Program-made: the position numbers and the translations under genes
Shown here: in pieces, positions 49,322 to 57,640 of the stretch
How the letters are laid out: every line of letters begins with the position of its first letter
Position numbering within the stretch: the first letter of the stretch is position 1
NCBI GenBank assembly: GCA_902495155.1
Contig: CABUWD010000001.1
Coordinates: 1-57,640, forward strand
Direction: 5' to 3'
Length of the DNA: 57,640 nucleotides
Source of the DNA: an uncultured Collinsella sp.
GTDB lineage: Bacteria; Actinomycetota; Coriobacteriia; Coriobacteriales; Coriobacteriaceae
The notes under the pieces: model-generated
Databases searched by the model: none
The model's input: the letters and a program-made list of their open reading frames with translations, nothing else
What the model was told of the DNA's origin: nothing

Positions 49322-49351
49322 ACTATACTCGATATTTAGATGTTTGTCTAA
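49322..49351 (-). promoter_or_regulatory. sdpRI promoter and probable SdpR operator
   Basis: Minus strand TAGACA-N17-TATAGT; overlapping dyad TTAGA-N6-TCTAA (49336-49351). Confidence 0.6.
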
Positions 49352-49373
49352 CTATCTAATACAGGAACATCTA

Positions 49374-49402
49374 TAGAACATTCGTTCGTATTTAGCTACA
49401 AT
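49374..49402 (+). promoter_or_regulatory. Promoter with LexA/SOS-type box
   Basis: TAGAAC-N17-TACAAT with GAAC-ATTC-GTTC (49376-49387) overlapping the -35. Confidence 0.65.
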
Positions 49403-49453
49403 GGAAGTTGAAGCAGATGGGCCAGCTCCCTCTACCCGAGAAGGAGATGGACT

Positions 49454-49540
49454 ATGAGTATTGACGATGTCCTGACGTTGTTATTGCTTGTAATCGCGGC
49501 TGTGGAGCTCGGCATCCACATTGGAGGTCGAATGAAATAG
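49454..49540 (+). CDS. 28-aa hydrophobic peptide, putative type I toxin (not in ORF track)
   Basis: AAGGAG RBS 7 nt upstream; MSIDDVLTLLLLVIAAVELGIHIGGRMK*. Confidence 0.7.
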   Translation: MSIDDVLTLLLLVIAAVELGIHIGGRMK

Positions 49541-49660
49541 CCGCCCCCGCGTAATGCGAAGACGGCCACTTCTCACGCTACAAACGTGTTTGGGAGTTGG
49601 CCAACCCGCGGCAACGGGTGCCATCTGCTTCATCTTATGCGAATCACTGCCTCATTTCAA
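49541..49660 (-). ncRNA. Putative antisense antitoxin RNA with its promoter (3' end unknown)
   Basis: Minus strand TTGAAA-N17-TAAGAT (49660-49632) firing into the peptide gene 3' UTR. Confidence 0.5.
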
Positions 49661-49747
49661 CAAGCCCCTAGGGCTCAAATGGAATCGCGATAATACCTAT
49701 AATGACGATAGCTAAAACACGATTCGCTTCCCCATCGGAGGATGTCT

Positions 49748-50545
49748 ATGACCGAAACCACAGCCGCAACCCCCAACGAGACACGCGACACCAAGCTCGA
49801 GATCATCATGGGCCGCGAGGCACTCGACAAACTCGCCGCCGCCACGGTGCTGGTGCTCGGCTGCGGAGGTGTGGGCTCCAATTGCTGCGAGGCACTTGTC
49901 CGCGGCGGCATTGGTCATTTCGTCATTCTGGATAAGGACATCATCGCGCCCAGCAATATCAATCGCCAGGCCATCGCCTTTCAAAGCACCATCGGCAAGC
50001 GCAAGGTCGATGTTATGGAAGCCATGATCCACGACATCAATCCAGCCGCTACCGTCATCAAGCGCACCGAATACCTGTTGAGCGACAATATCGACGAATT
50101 TTTCGCGCGCGTTTTGGAGCAGACGGACGGCAAGCTCGACTACGTCGTCGACGCCATCGACACCATCTCGGCCAAGCTCACCATTGCCAAATATGCTCAG
50201 GACCACGACATTCGTTTGGTTAGCTCCATGGGCGGGGCCAACAAGCTCCATCCCGAGTGCCTCCGCTTTGCCGACATTTTCGATACGGTACGTGACCCCA
50301 TGAGCCGCATCATGCGCAAAGAATGCAAGAAGCGCGGAATCAAGAGTCTACATGTACTGTTTAGCTGCGAGGAATCGGTTAAGACACAGCCCCGCGACCC
50401 TTCCAATATCCACGAGCGCACCGAGCTCGGAACCGCCAGCTTTATGCCGCCCATCATGGGCCAGATGATTGCCGGCGAGGTTATCCGCCAGATCAGTGGC
50501 CGCGGCACCGAGCGCGTGCGCGCCGATGGCCAGCGCTTGGACTAG
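49748..50545 (+). CDS. tcdA: ThiF family protein, tRNA threonylcarbamoyladenosine dehydratase-like
   Basis: GCGGVGS, D.D...SNINRQ, VVDAIDT, SSMGGANKL; ATG 49748 fits the GGAGG spacing. Confidence 0.8.
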   Translation: MTETTAATPNETRDTKLEIIMGREALDKLAAATVLVLGCGGVGSNCCEALVRGGIGHFVILDKDIIAPSNINRQAIAFQSTIGKRKVDVMEAMIHDINPAATVIKRTEYLLSDNIDEFFARVLEQTDGKLDYVVDAIDTISAKLTIAKYAQDHDIRLVSSMGGANKLHPECLRFADIFDTVRDPMSRIMRKECKKRGIKSLHVLFSCEESVKTQPRDPSNIHERTELGTASFMPPIMGQMIAGEVIRQISGRGTERVRADGQRLD

Positions 50546-50559
50546 CGGAGCGCGCCGAG

Positions 50560-51342
50560 ATGGAGCCCCGGTTATTTGATGCACACTGCCATCTTGATTT
50601 AATGGCTCACCCGGACGCCGTTGCCGATGAGGCAACGGCGCTGGGCTTGGGTCTATTTGATTGCGGCGTCGATCCACGCGACTTTTCGGCCGCAAACGAG
50701 CGCGCTCGTCGCCACCCGGGCATCATCGCCGGCGTTGGGCTTCACCCCTGGTGGCTCGCCGATGGCCACTGCGGTTTTGCCGAAGTCAATCTGCTTTGCG
50801 AAGTTGCTGCCCAAGAACGCTACATCGGCGAAGTCGGACTCGACTTTTCCGCGCGCTTTGCTGGAAGTGAGCCGCTACAAATACAGGCACTTAACCGGCT
50901 CTGCGATGCGCTCGTGCAGCATCCTCTTACCGGGCGCGTGATATCAATTCACGCCGTTCGTTCGGCAGGAGCCGTACTGGACGTCCTCGAATCGCATGGA
51001 CTACTCATCCCAAACCCCGACTCCCCCGCTATCATCTTCCACTGGTTTAGCGGCACTTCGGACGAACTCACCCGCGCGCGTAATGCGGGCTGCTATTTTT
51101 CCGTCAACGAACGCATGCTCGCGACCAAGCGCTGTCGCGAATACGCACGACAGATTCCACTCGACCGCCTACTGCTCGAGACCGATGCGCCGGCCGAGCC
51201 AAACACAGAAACAAGCACGCAGTCGCTCATCAGGTCGCTCACAAGGACCTCAGAACGCATCACCTCGCTCAAAAACTGCGACGCAAAGCGCATCGAGTCG
51301 ATAGTTTTAACAAATGCGCGCTCTGTTTTTGACCTTCGCTAA
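50560..51342 (+). CDS. tatD: TatD family hydrolase
   Basis: DAHCH, GLHPW, IGEVGLD, HWFSG, LLLETDAP. Confidence 0.9.
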   Translation: MEPRLFDAHCHLDLMAHPDAVADEATALGLGLFDCGVDPRDFSAANERARRHPGIIAGVGLHPWWLADGHCGFAEVNLLCEVAAQERYIGEVGLDFSARFAGSEPLQIQALNRLCDALVQHPLTGRVISIHAVRSAGAVLDVLESHGLLIPNPDSPAIIFHWFSGTSDELTRARNAGCYFSVNERMLATKRCREYARQIPLDRLLLETDAPAEPNTETSTQSLIRSLTRTSERITSLKNCDAKRIESIVLTNARSVFDLR

Positions 51343-51347
51343 CCCCT

Positions 51348-51580
51348 GGTGTGCAAAAAATGCCAAATATGAGTACTGCTACCGGAATGGATACATTTCT
51401 TTTAACTTTCCAACCGCCAGAATAATCCTCGATTGTCCGCTAATTAAAGCTTTTACAGTCATTCATCCTGCGTTTTCACAAATCTTAAACCCCTCCAGAC
51501 GCTCAAATCACGTCTGAAGGGGTTGATTTTGCTGCGACTAAATTAGTCACAGTACTCATATTTGGCATTTTTTGCACACC
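51348..51580. mobile_element. MITE- or inverton-like element with 31-bp perfect terminal inverted repeats
   Basis: GGTGTGCAAAAAATGCCAAATATGAGTACTG (51348-51378) and its exact reverse complement (51550-51580) around an AT-rich interior. Confidence 0.6.
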
Positions 51581-51621
51581 GGGTCCCGAGGAGGCGCCTG
51601 CACCTCCCCGGGACCGCTCGG

Positions 51622-52485
51622 CTATTCGACGATTGGTGCTCCGTGGCCCCAAGAACCTTCCATGCCGCACACGGTCGAGGCAAACCCGGCAGCAAAGTCG
51701 AGCGCGCGCTCGATGGCCTCGGCGCCATCTTCACCACGCTTGGCGGAATCGAGATAGCACATCAAAAACGAGGTAAGGAACGAGTCGCCCGCCCCCATGG
51801 TGTCCTTCATGTCCGTTACCGGTTTAGCCAGCTGGCGGTAATAACGATCGCCGTCGTAAGCAATGCAGCCCTCGGCGCCCGCCGTAGCCGACACAAAACG
51901 CGGACCCAGGCCCTTCACCCATGCCAGACGCTCGCGAACCTCATCCTCACTCGCAGCATCCGCCGCACTAAAGAAAGCGAAATCGACGTAGGGCGCAATC
52001 TGCTCGTAGTACTCGTCGGTAGAGTCGTCCGAAAAGTCAAAAGAGACCGTGACGCCCGCAGCCTTCAACTTGGGCAGCTCGCGCTCGGTAAAGCAATAGT
52101 TGCCCGAATGAACCACATCGAACTGCTTCATGTACGAAAGGTCAAAGCGATCGAGGACATAGCGCGCATCGCCACGGATACCGCCCTCGTTGGAGCCAAG
52201 GAAGACACGGTCACCGTCAACGACGGTCACGCGAGCCGCTCCGTTCTCGCCAATCATCTGCTCGCACTTGTCAAGCTCGATACCCTCATCCTCGAGGCTT
52301 GCAATGACATGCTCGGCAGCGGCATCATTGCCAAAAATGCCCATGTATGCGGAGCGTGCGGCACCGCATTTCTTGGCATAAACGGCGAAGTTCACCGCGT
52401 TGCCGCCAGGATACATGGTGTGGATATGCTCGTAGCGGTCGACGACGTTGTCGCCAAATCCGAGCGCGTTAACGTTAAATGCCAT
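51622..52485 (-). CDS. frlD: Fructoselysine 6-kinase (PfkB family)
   Basis: GDNVVDRY..YPGGNAVNFAV, FDFSD, DTMGAGDSF; operon context. Confidence 0.85.
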   Translation of the reverse strand: MAFNVNALGFGDNVVDRYEHIHTMYPGGNAVNFAVYAKKCGAARSAYMGIFGNDAAAEHVIASLEDEGIELDKCEQMIGENGAARVTVVDGDRVFLGSNEGGIRGDARYVLDRFDLSYMKQFDVVHSGNYCFTERELPKLKAAGVTVSFDFSDDSTDEYYEQIAPYVDFAFFSAADAASEDEVRERLAWVKGLGPRFVSATAGAEGCIAYDGDRYYRQLAKPVTDMKDTMGAGDSFLTSFLMCYLDSAKRGEDGAEAIERALDFAAGFASTVCGMEGSWGHGAPIVE

Positions 52486-52499
52486 GGCCTTTGTCCCTT

Positions 52500-53468
52500 C
52501 TAGTACTCGACGACGCCCATATAGCGGCGGAAATCGGGATCGTGATCAAACACCTTGCCGCGTGCAGCACGCAGCTCGCAGTTCATGGCGTAGAACAGCA
52601 CCGGGTCCAGATAGGCACGGACGCTCGCCGGCACGGCTTCCATACCGTACTCCTTGGCATCGAGCACCATCAGCGTATCGGTATGCGTCTTAAGGAACGC
52701 CAGGGCGCGCTCGTCCATAGCACGGCACTCGCTGGAGCCCATCTGCAGGAAGTAAAATACGCCATCCTGAGTAGCCTCGAAGGGGCCATGGAAGTACTCG
52801 GCAGAGTGGATGTAGCTGCAGTGCTGCCACTGCATCTCCATAAGAGAGCAGATAGCGAAACCGTAGGTCTGGCTAAAGTTGGGACCGCTGCCCAGAATAT
52901 AGAAGAACTCGTGCTCCTGGCAAAGCTTGGCAAAGCGATCGCCCAGCTCGGCATTTACCTTCTCGCGTGCCGGGGGAAGAATCTTATCCATCTCGGCAAT
53001 ACCGGCATACATATCGGCAAGATCGGCGTAGCCCTCCTGCTGATCGAGCAGCTCTGCTGCAAGCGACAGCGAAATGCCAGCGGGGACCTCGGCCTGCGGC
53101 ACGCCCTCGCCCCATGGGTAGACCCACGTGGTCCACTTGCCGGAGTCGATCTTGGATCCAGCGTTGTCGGTCTGGGCGATCACCGTAGCGCCGGCAGCAA
53201 GGGCAATCTCGCAGCCCTCGACGACCTCCGGGGTGTTGCCACTATGGCTACAAGCGATGACCAGGGACTTCTCGCCCAGACGACGCGGACGCATAATGTC
53301 GAATTCACGCGCGGTATAGATATACGAAGTGAAGGTGGTTGCCTCGCGCTGCAGAAGCTCATGAGCCGGGATCAAATCGATCATGGAGCCACCGCAAGCA
53401 ATCCAGTAGACGCTGTCGAACTTGCCCTTCTCGGCAATTGCCTCTTTGATCAGATCGTGTGCGTTCAT
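52500..53468 (-). CDS. frlB: Fructoselysine-6-phosphate deglycase (SIS domain)
   Basis: ACGGS, SHSGNTPE, CSLMEMQW, HSAEYFHGPFE, RRYMGVVEY C-terminus. Confidence 0.9.
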   Translation of the reverse strand: MNAHDLIKEAIAEKGKFDSVYWIACGGSMIDLIPAHELLQREATTFTSYIYTAREFDIMRPRRLGEKSLVIACSHSGNTPEVVEGCEIALAAGATVIAQTDNAGSKIDSGKWTTWVYPWGEGVPQAEVPAGISLSLAAELLDQQEGYADLADMYAGIAEMDKILPPAREKVNAELGDRFAKLCQEHEFFYILGSGPNFSQTYGFAICSLMEMQWQHCSYIHSAEYFHGPFEATQDGVFYFLQMGSSECRAMDERALAFLKTHTDTLMVLDAKEYGMEAVPASVRAYLDPVLFYAMNCELRAARGKVFDHDPDFRRYMGVVEY

Positions 53469-53530
53469 ATCCAGTTCCTTTCTTGTTTGACCCGCAATCA
53501 ATGACGTTGGTTGCGTAGCCGATGGTTGTT

Positions 53531-54382
53531 TTAGTCAATCAGATATTTCTCGAATGCGGCCATGTTCTTGGCATCTGCCGCCGCCGGGTCATCGTAGTAA
53601 CGACCGTCCGTGATTTCCTGGCCCAGCATGCCGTCGAAACCATGGGCGTTGAGTGTGGCGACGAAGGCGTCCATATCGTGCTTGCCATCGCCCCACACCA
53701 GATGGCCATACGGGTCACCGTCGATAAAGTGCATCTCGTGAATTGCCCCATCACCAAAGGCGGCAAACCAGTCCTCGAGCGTCTCGCCTGCAACGCCCAT
53801 CGCGGTTGTATCAACCATGGGCTGTAAGTACGGGCTTGCGACCTCGTCAATCATGCGCTTCGCATCGGAAACCGTCGTCACAAGGTTGCTCTCCTCGGGA
53901 CGCAGGCTTTCCATCGTAAGCACCAGACCGTGCTCGCCGGCATACTCCGCCAGAATGGACAAGTGCTCGCGGCTGCGCTTCCAGGCTTCCTCGCGGTCCT
54001 CGTCCCAGTCGCCCCAGCCCGAGTTGATGGACATGCGGTCGCACCCAAGTACCTCGGCAAGCTCAATGCCGTGCTTAAAGTACGCCAGGCTGCGCTGTTC
54101 ATGCAGCGGTTTGCGTGCGCAGTACTGCCAAGGATAGACAACATTCTCGGGACACAGAGTACGATACCTAAGCCCACGGTCTGCAGCCTTTTTCGCCAGG
54201 ACCTCAGCCTCAAAGTAGCCCGTGTGGTCGAGCGTCACATGCGGCTCCGCACACCACAGCTCAATGGACTCAAAGCCCAAACGCTGCTGCACATCAAGGA
54301 AGTAATCGAGCGACCACATGATGTAGTGGATATTCATGCCCGCAATCTGTTCGCGGTGCAGCGTCGGTTTGGATTCAGACAT
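53531..54382 (-). CDS. frlC: Sugar isomerase/epimerase, FrlC-like
   Basis: IELW..PH, ESLRPEESNLV, MVDT, MHFIDG, HLVWGDG TIM-barrel metal motifs; operon context. Confidence 0.7.
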   Translation of the reverse strand: MSESKPTLHREQIAGMNIHYIMWSLDYFLDVQQRLGFESIELWCAEPHVTLDHTGYFEAEVLAKKAADRGLRYRTLCPENVVYPWQYCARKPLHEQRSLAYFKHGIELAEVLGCDRMSINSGWGDWDEDREEAWKRSREHLSILAEYAGEHGLVLTMESLRPEESNLVTTVSDAKRMIDEVASPYLQPMVDTTAMGVAGETLEDWFAAFGDGAIHEMHFIDGDPYGHLVWGDGKHDMDAFVATLNAHGFDGMLGQEITDGRYYDDPAAADAKNMAAFEKYLID

Positions 54383-54383
54383 C

Positions 54384-55967
54384 TTATGCCTCCTTATTTC
54401 GGTCGAACACGATTTGTCCGTCCGACATCGTCATGTCAACCGCAAGATCACGTGCGTCGCGATAATCGAGGTCGAACACATCCCGATCGAGCACGCAGAT
54501 ATCGGCAAGCTTGCCAACCTCGAGCGTACCCAGCTCGTCTTCGCGCATCAGGTCGTACGCGCCCCCGGCAGTCCAAGCGCACAAGAGCTCGACAAGCGTC
54601 AGCGTGTTGACCTCATTCACGGGCAGTCCGTCGTCGAAGTATCCGCCGCACGCACTGTAGATTGACTCGCCCAGGCTCGGAATCAGCAGCGGCAAATCCG
54701 TTCCACAGCACACTGTGCATCCGGAATCTTCCATGCCGCGGCGATTCCAGCTGTGCAAAAGTCGCGTCTCGCCAATTTGTCGACGCATCATCGACAGGCA
54801 ATCCTCGCGCCGGTCCAGCGTCAGAATCTGCGGATAGACCTCGCAAATTCCACCCAACTTGCCAAACTCGACAAGATCGGTCGGGTCAGAGTTCTCGAGA
54901 TCGGTAATCGCATGGCGACGAAGCATCCGTCCATGCTCGTCTCGAGGCAGCGAGGCATAGAGCGCCACGGTGCGACGAACGGCGCCATCGCCCTGGCAAT
55001 GCAAGGAATATCGGAAGCCGTCAGCATCAATTGCACGCAGCTCGTTCTCAATCAGATCCCACTCTGGCTCCTCGACGACCGTCTTGCCGGCAGCGCCCGC
55101 ATCGGCCGAGTCCTCATAGGGGTCTATCATCTCGGCAAGCCCCGCCCATACGCCGCGATCGGTCATACGGTTGAAGCCAGAAAAACGAACGAACGGTCCC
55201 CGGAAGCGCTCTCGTGCCTCGCGGGCATATGACAGATTTGCACCGGCACCCACCGGCTGCGACATCATAGAGACGCGAACCGTCAGCTCACCAGATTCCT
55301 CACGGCGAGCCATTTCGTCGGCAAAGCCGTAGTAGTCATCAAACGCCATTTCCTTGATGGCGGTAACGCCGCGCTCGTTAAGCATGCTCATGTAGTCCGA
55401 ATACCCGGCACGCACCTCGGGCAGCGCGAGGAAATCGCTCATCATGCGCCAGATCTTCTCGGCATAGCACGCCTGGGGTGTAAAGCCGTATCGCGCACTG
55501 GCGGCAGCATTGAGAACGCAGGTCTCCGCACCCGATGTAAAGCAGACGACGGGGATATCGCCAAAACAATCGTCAAACACAGCTGCCGTATTTGCGTTCT
55601 CGGCATCCGATGCCAACGTTTCGGGTAGGTTGTGGCCAAAAGCCGCCGCGCAATCCGGATGATCTTCTTTCCATGCACGCAAGAGCGACACAGCCTCTTT
55701 GGCATCAGCGATGCCGGACAGATCAGACCCCAACGTCCGCAGCGCCCAACCTGTATAGAAGGTATGCACATCGATCAGGCCAGGCATGACAGTGCGATCG
55801 CCCAGGTCAACTACCTCGTCCGCCTGGGTCAAATACGAAGCTACCTCACACTTGGTGCCAACAGCCTCAATTCGATTGCCACGGACCGCTACGAAACCTT
55901 CAAACGGCAGGTCCCCCGTACCGGTAAAGACGCTCTTAGACGTCAGGACCGTCAAACGATCAGACAT
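54384..55967 (-). CDS. Amidohydrolase-3 (YtcJ-like) protein with altered metal ligands
   Basis: DLGDRTVMPGLIDVH, HCQGD, GTDLP, GTLEVGKLADICVLD. Confidence 0.8.
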   Translation of the reverse strand: MSDRLTVLTSKSVFTGTGDLPFEGFVAVRGNRIEAVGTKCEVASYLTQADEVVDLGDRTVMPGLIDVHTFYTGWALRTLGSDLSGIADAKEAVSLLRAWKEDHPDCAAAFGHNLPETLASDAENANTAAVFDDCFGDIPVVCFTSGAETCVLNAAASARYGFTPQACYAEKIWRMMSDFLALPEVRAGYSDYMSMLNERGVTAIKEMAFDDYYGFADEMARREESGELTVRVSMMSQPVGAGANLSYAREARERFRGPFVRFSGFNRMTDRGVWAGLAEMIDPYEDSADAGAAGKTVVEEPEWDLIENELRAIDADGFRYSLHCQGDGAVRRTVALYASLPRDEHGRMLRRHAITDLENSDPTDLVEFGKLGGICEVYPQILTLDRREDCLSMMRRQIGETRLLHSWNRRGMEDSGCTVCCGTDLPLLIPSLGESIYSACGGYFDDGLPVNEVNTLTLVELLCAWTAGGAYDLMREDELGTLEVGKLADICVLDRDVFDLDYRDARDLAVDMTMSDGQIVFDRNKEA

Positions 55968-55976
55968 CACAACCAC

Positions 55977-57440
55977 CTACGCCGGAAGCATGCCGGAAAT
56001 GGCAGTAACGACCAAGCCAAACACGACCATGAAGATGAAGAACTTCCAAATGGTCTTCCACCATTGGCCAAACGAAATCTTAGCCACGGCAAGGCCGGCG
56101 ACCGTCATGCCCGCCACGGGGCTGATGGTGTTGATGGTCTGGTTGGCAAACTGGAGCGCGGTGACGGCCGCCTCGGGATTGAGGCCCATGAGCTCGGTCA
56201 GGGAGCCCATAACGGGCATGGTGAGCGCCGCCAGGCCAGAACTCGAGGGAACCAGCAAAGAGAGCAGGCCAAGGACGATATACATAAACGTGGTGTACAC
56301 GGCGGCCGGTGCTCCGGCGAGCGCAGTAGCGAGCGCCTGGAGAATGGTGTCGATGATCATGCCGCCCTCGGCGATGACCAGAATACCGCGAGCGATACCG
56401 ATAACGATGGCAGCGTACGCAAAGTCGGCGAGACCCTTAACGAACTCCTCAGCGATCGTCTGCTGGTCAAGGCCGCCCAGGATACCGGCAAGCAAGCCCA
56501 TGCCAAGGAACACAGCAGAAATCTCATTCATGTACCAACCCTGGGTAACAAGACCCCAGACGATAATGCCCATACCGCAAGCAAAATCGATAAGCACGAG
56601 CTTCTGACGGATAGTGAACTCTTCCTCGATGGAGGCATCGGTCACGGAAAACTCAATACGCTTGAGCTTATCGTCCTCGTACGTAATGGACGACTCGGGG
56701 TTTTTCTTGACGCGCATGGCGTAGCGCATGGCCCATGCGATACCGACGGCAGTGAAGATGACCCAAGAAACGGCGCGCAGCCACAGTTGCGGATTGCCCT
56801 CGATGCCAATGATGCCTTGGGCGATCAAAACATTAAACGGGTCGATGGTCGAAGCACAATATCCCAGGTTAGGACCAAGGAAGCAGATGATGAATGCCGT
56901 CATCGAGTCATAGCCGATACCCATCATGATGGGAATGAAGATGGCATAGAACGGCAGGGCTTCCTCAGACATACCAAACGTAGTGCCGCAAATGGACAGC
57001 AACGTCATCGTGATGGGAATGATGAGGATGTCCTTGTTCTTGAGCTTTTTAACCACACGGCTCATGCCGGCATTCAAAGCGTTGGTCTTGGTGATGATTG
57101 CGAACGATCCGCCAATCAATAAGACGAACGCAACGACGTCGGCAGCCTCCTGGATGCCCTTAGTGGGCGCTTGCAGGACCGCGAAGATATCCTGGCCCAG
57201 ATTGATGGTCTCGCCGGTCTCGGAATCGGTGTAGTTCTTATCGACCTGTTCATAGGTTCCAGCAACGGCGACTTCACGCTCGCCCGCCGCCGTCGAAATC
57301 ATCTTGCGCTGATACTGACCAGAGGGAACGATCCAAGTCAGGACCGCAAAGACAACGATCAGCAAGAACATGATCGTATAGACATGCGGTAATTTGAACT
57401 TAAAACGTCTGTTTGTCTTCTTCGCCTTCGTATCTGACAT
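55977..57440 (-). CDS. YfcC family transporter (DcuC/ArcD-like)
   Basis: FKLPHVYTI..LTWIVPSGQY, FGMSEE, GYDS, PSSSGLAALTMP; GGAGG RBS. Confidence 0.88.
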   Translation of the reverse strand: MSDTKAKKTNRRFKFKLPHVYTIMFLLIVVFAVLTWIVPSGQYQRKMISTAAGEREVAVAGTYEQVDKNYTDSETGETINLGQDIFAVLQAPTKGIQEAADVVAFVLLIGGSFAIITKTNALNAGMSRVVKKLKNKDILIIPITMTLLSICGTTFGMSEEALPFYAIFIPIMMGIGYDSMTAFIICFLGPNLGYCASTIDPFNVLIAQGIIGIEGNPQLWLRAVSWVIFTAVGIAWAMRYAMRVKKNPESSITYEDDKLKRIEFSVTDASIEEEFTIRQKLVLIDFACGMGIIVWGLVTQGWYMNEISAVFLGMGLLAGILGGLDQQTIAEEFVKGLADFAYAAIVIGIARGILVIAEGGMIIDTILQALATALAGAPAAVYTTFMYIVLGLLSLLVPSSSGLAALTMPVMGSLTELMGLNPEAAVTALQFANQTINTISPVAGMTVAGLAVAKISFGQWWKTIWKFFIFMVVFGLVVTAISGMLPA

Positions 57441-57499
57441 AGATACCTCCAAAGAACTCGAGACTGCATCGCATCTCGCCTCAACGCTTGCACAAGCAA

Positions 57500-57547
57500 A
57501 CGTTCTATGACGTCCCATAGATTACCAGCAGCTTTTTCCTTCATCAA
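57500..57547 (-). promoter_or_regulatory. frl operon promoter and GntR/HutC-type operator
   Basis: Minus strand TTGATG-N17-TAATCT (extended TG); ACGT-TC-TA-TG-ACGT at 57500-57513 at the predicted start site. Confidence 0.6.
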
Positions 57548-57640
57548 GATAATTTCAAACTGGTTGCCGCAACGCGGTTGAACGGTTGCGTTTGCGCCGT
57601 GAACGGTATGGAAGCGCCCGGTGAGATAATCCTCCGGGCG

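Overview
A GC-rich bacterial chromosomal segment. Gene content and codon style suggest a gut Coriobacteriia member, most likely Collinsella-like (inference, not database-checked). Left to right: an IS200-type tnpA element; two tandem acetate kinase paralogs; two more AT-rich islets flanking a HIT gene (LysR+MFS, and MFS-MFS-carboxylesterase with a divergent MerR regulator); xseBA, a Zn peptidase, rnd and a DAG-kinase-family gene; an LPXTG-anchored C69 dipeptidase; a Trp-leader-attenuated ECF transporter with two S components; aspartate racemase plus D-aspartate ligase; a MOSC protein; a PcsB-like hydrolase; an FxLYD/XRE/Ser-Thr kinase cluster with an orphan higA; a lysine-riboswitch-led lysA::dapA fusion-dapB-dapH operon; ldh, an aminotransferase, nadE, ettA, sdpRI, tcdA-like and tatD; and a fructoselysine (frl) operon. 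The strongest signals missing from the ORF track are (1) a candidate type I toxin-antitoxin locus at 49374-49660 with an SOS-type box, a 28-aa hydrophobic ORF, 5'-3' mRNA pairing and a convergent antisense promoter; (2) a dispersed, covarying structured repeat sitting directly after stop codons in one fixed orientation (4 copies); (3) the in-frame LysA-DapA fusion that keeps an internal RBS; (4) a WWW leader-peptide attenuator; and (5) two long inverted-repeat elements. No rRNA, tRNA or CRISPR array was seen. All functional calls are motif-based by eye.
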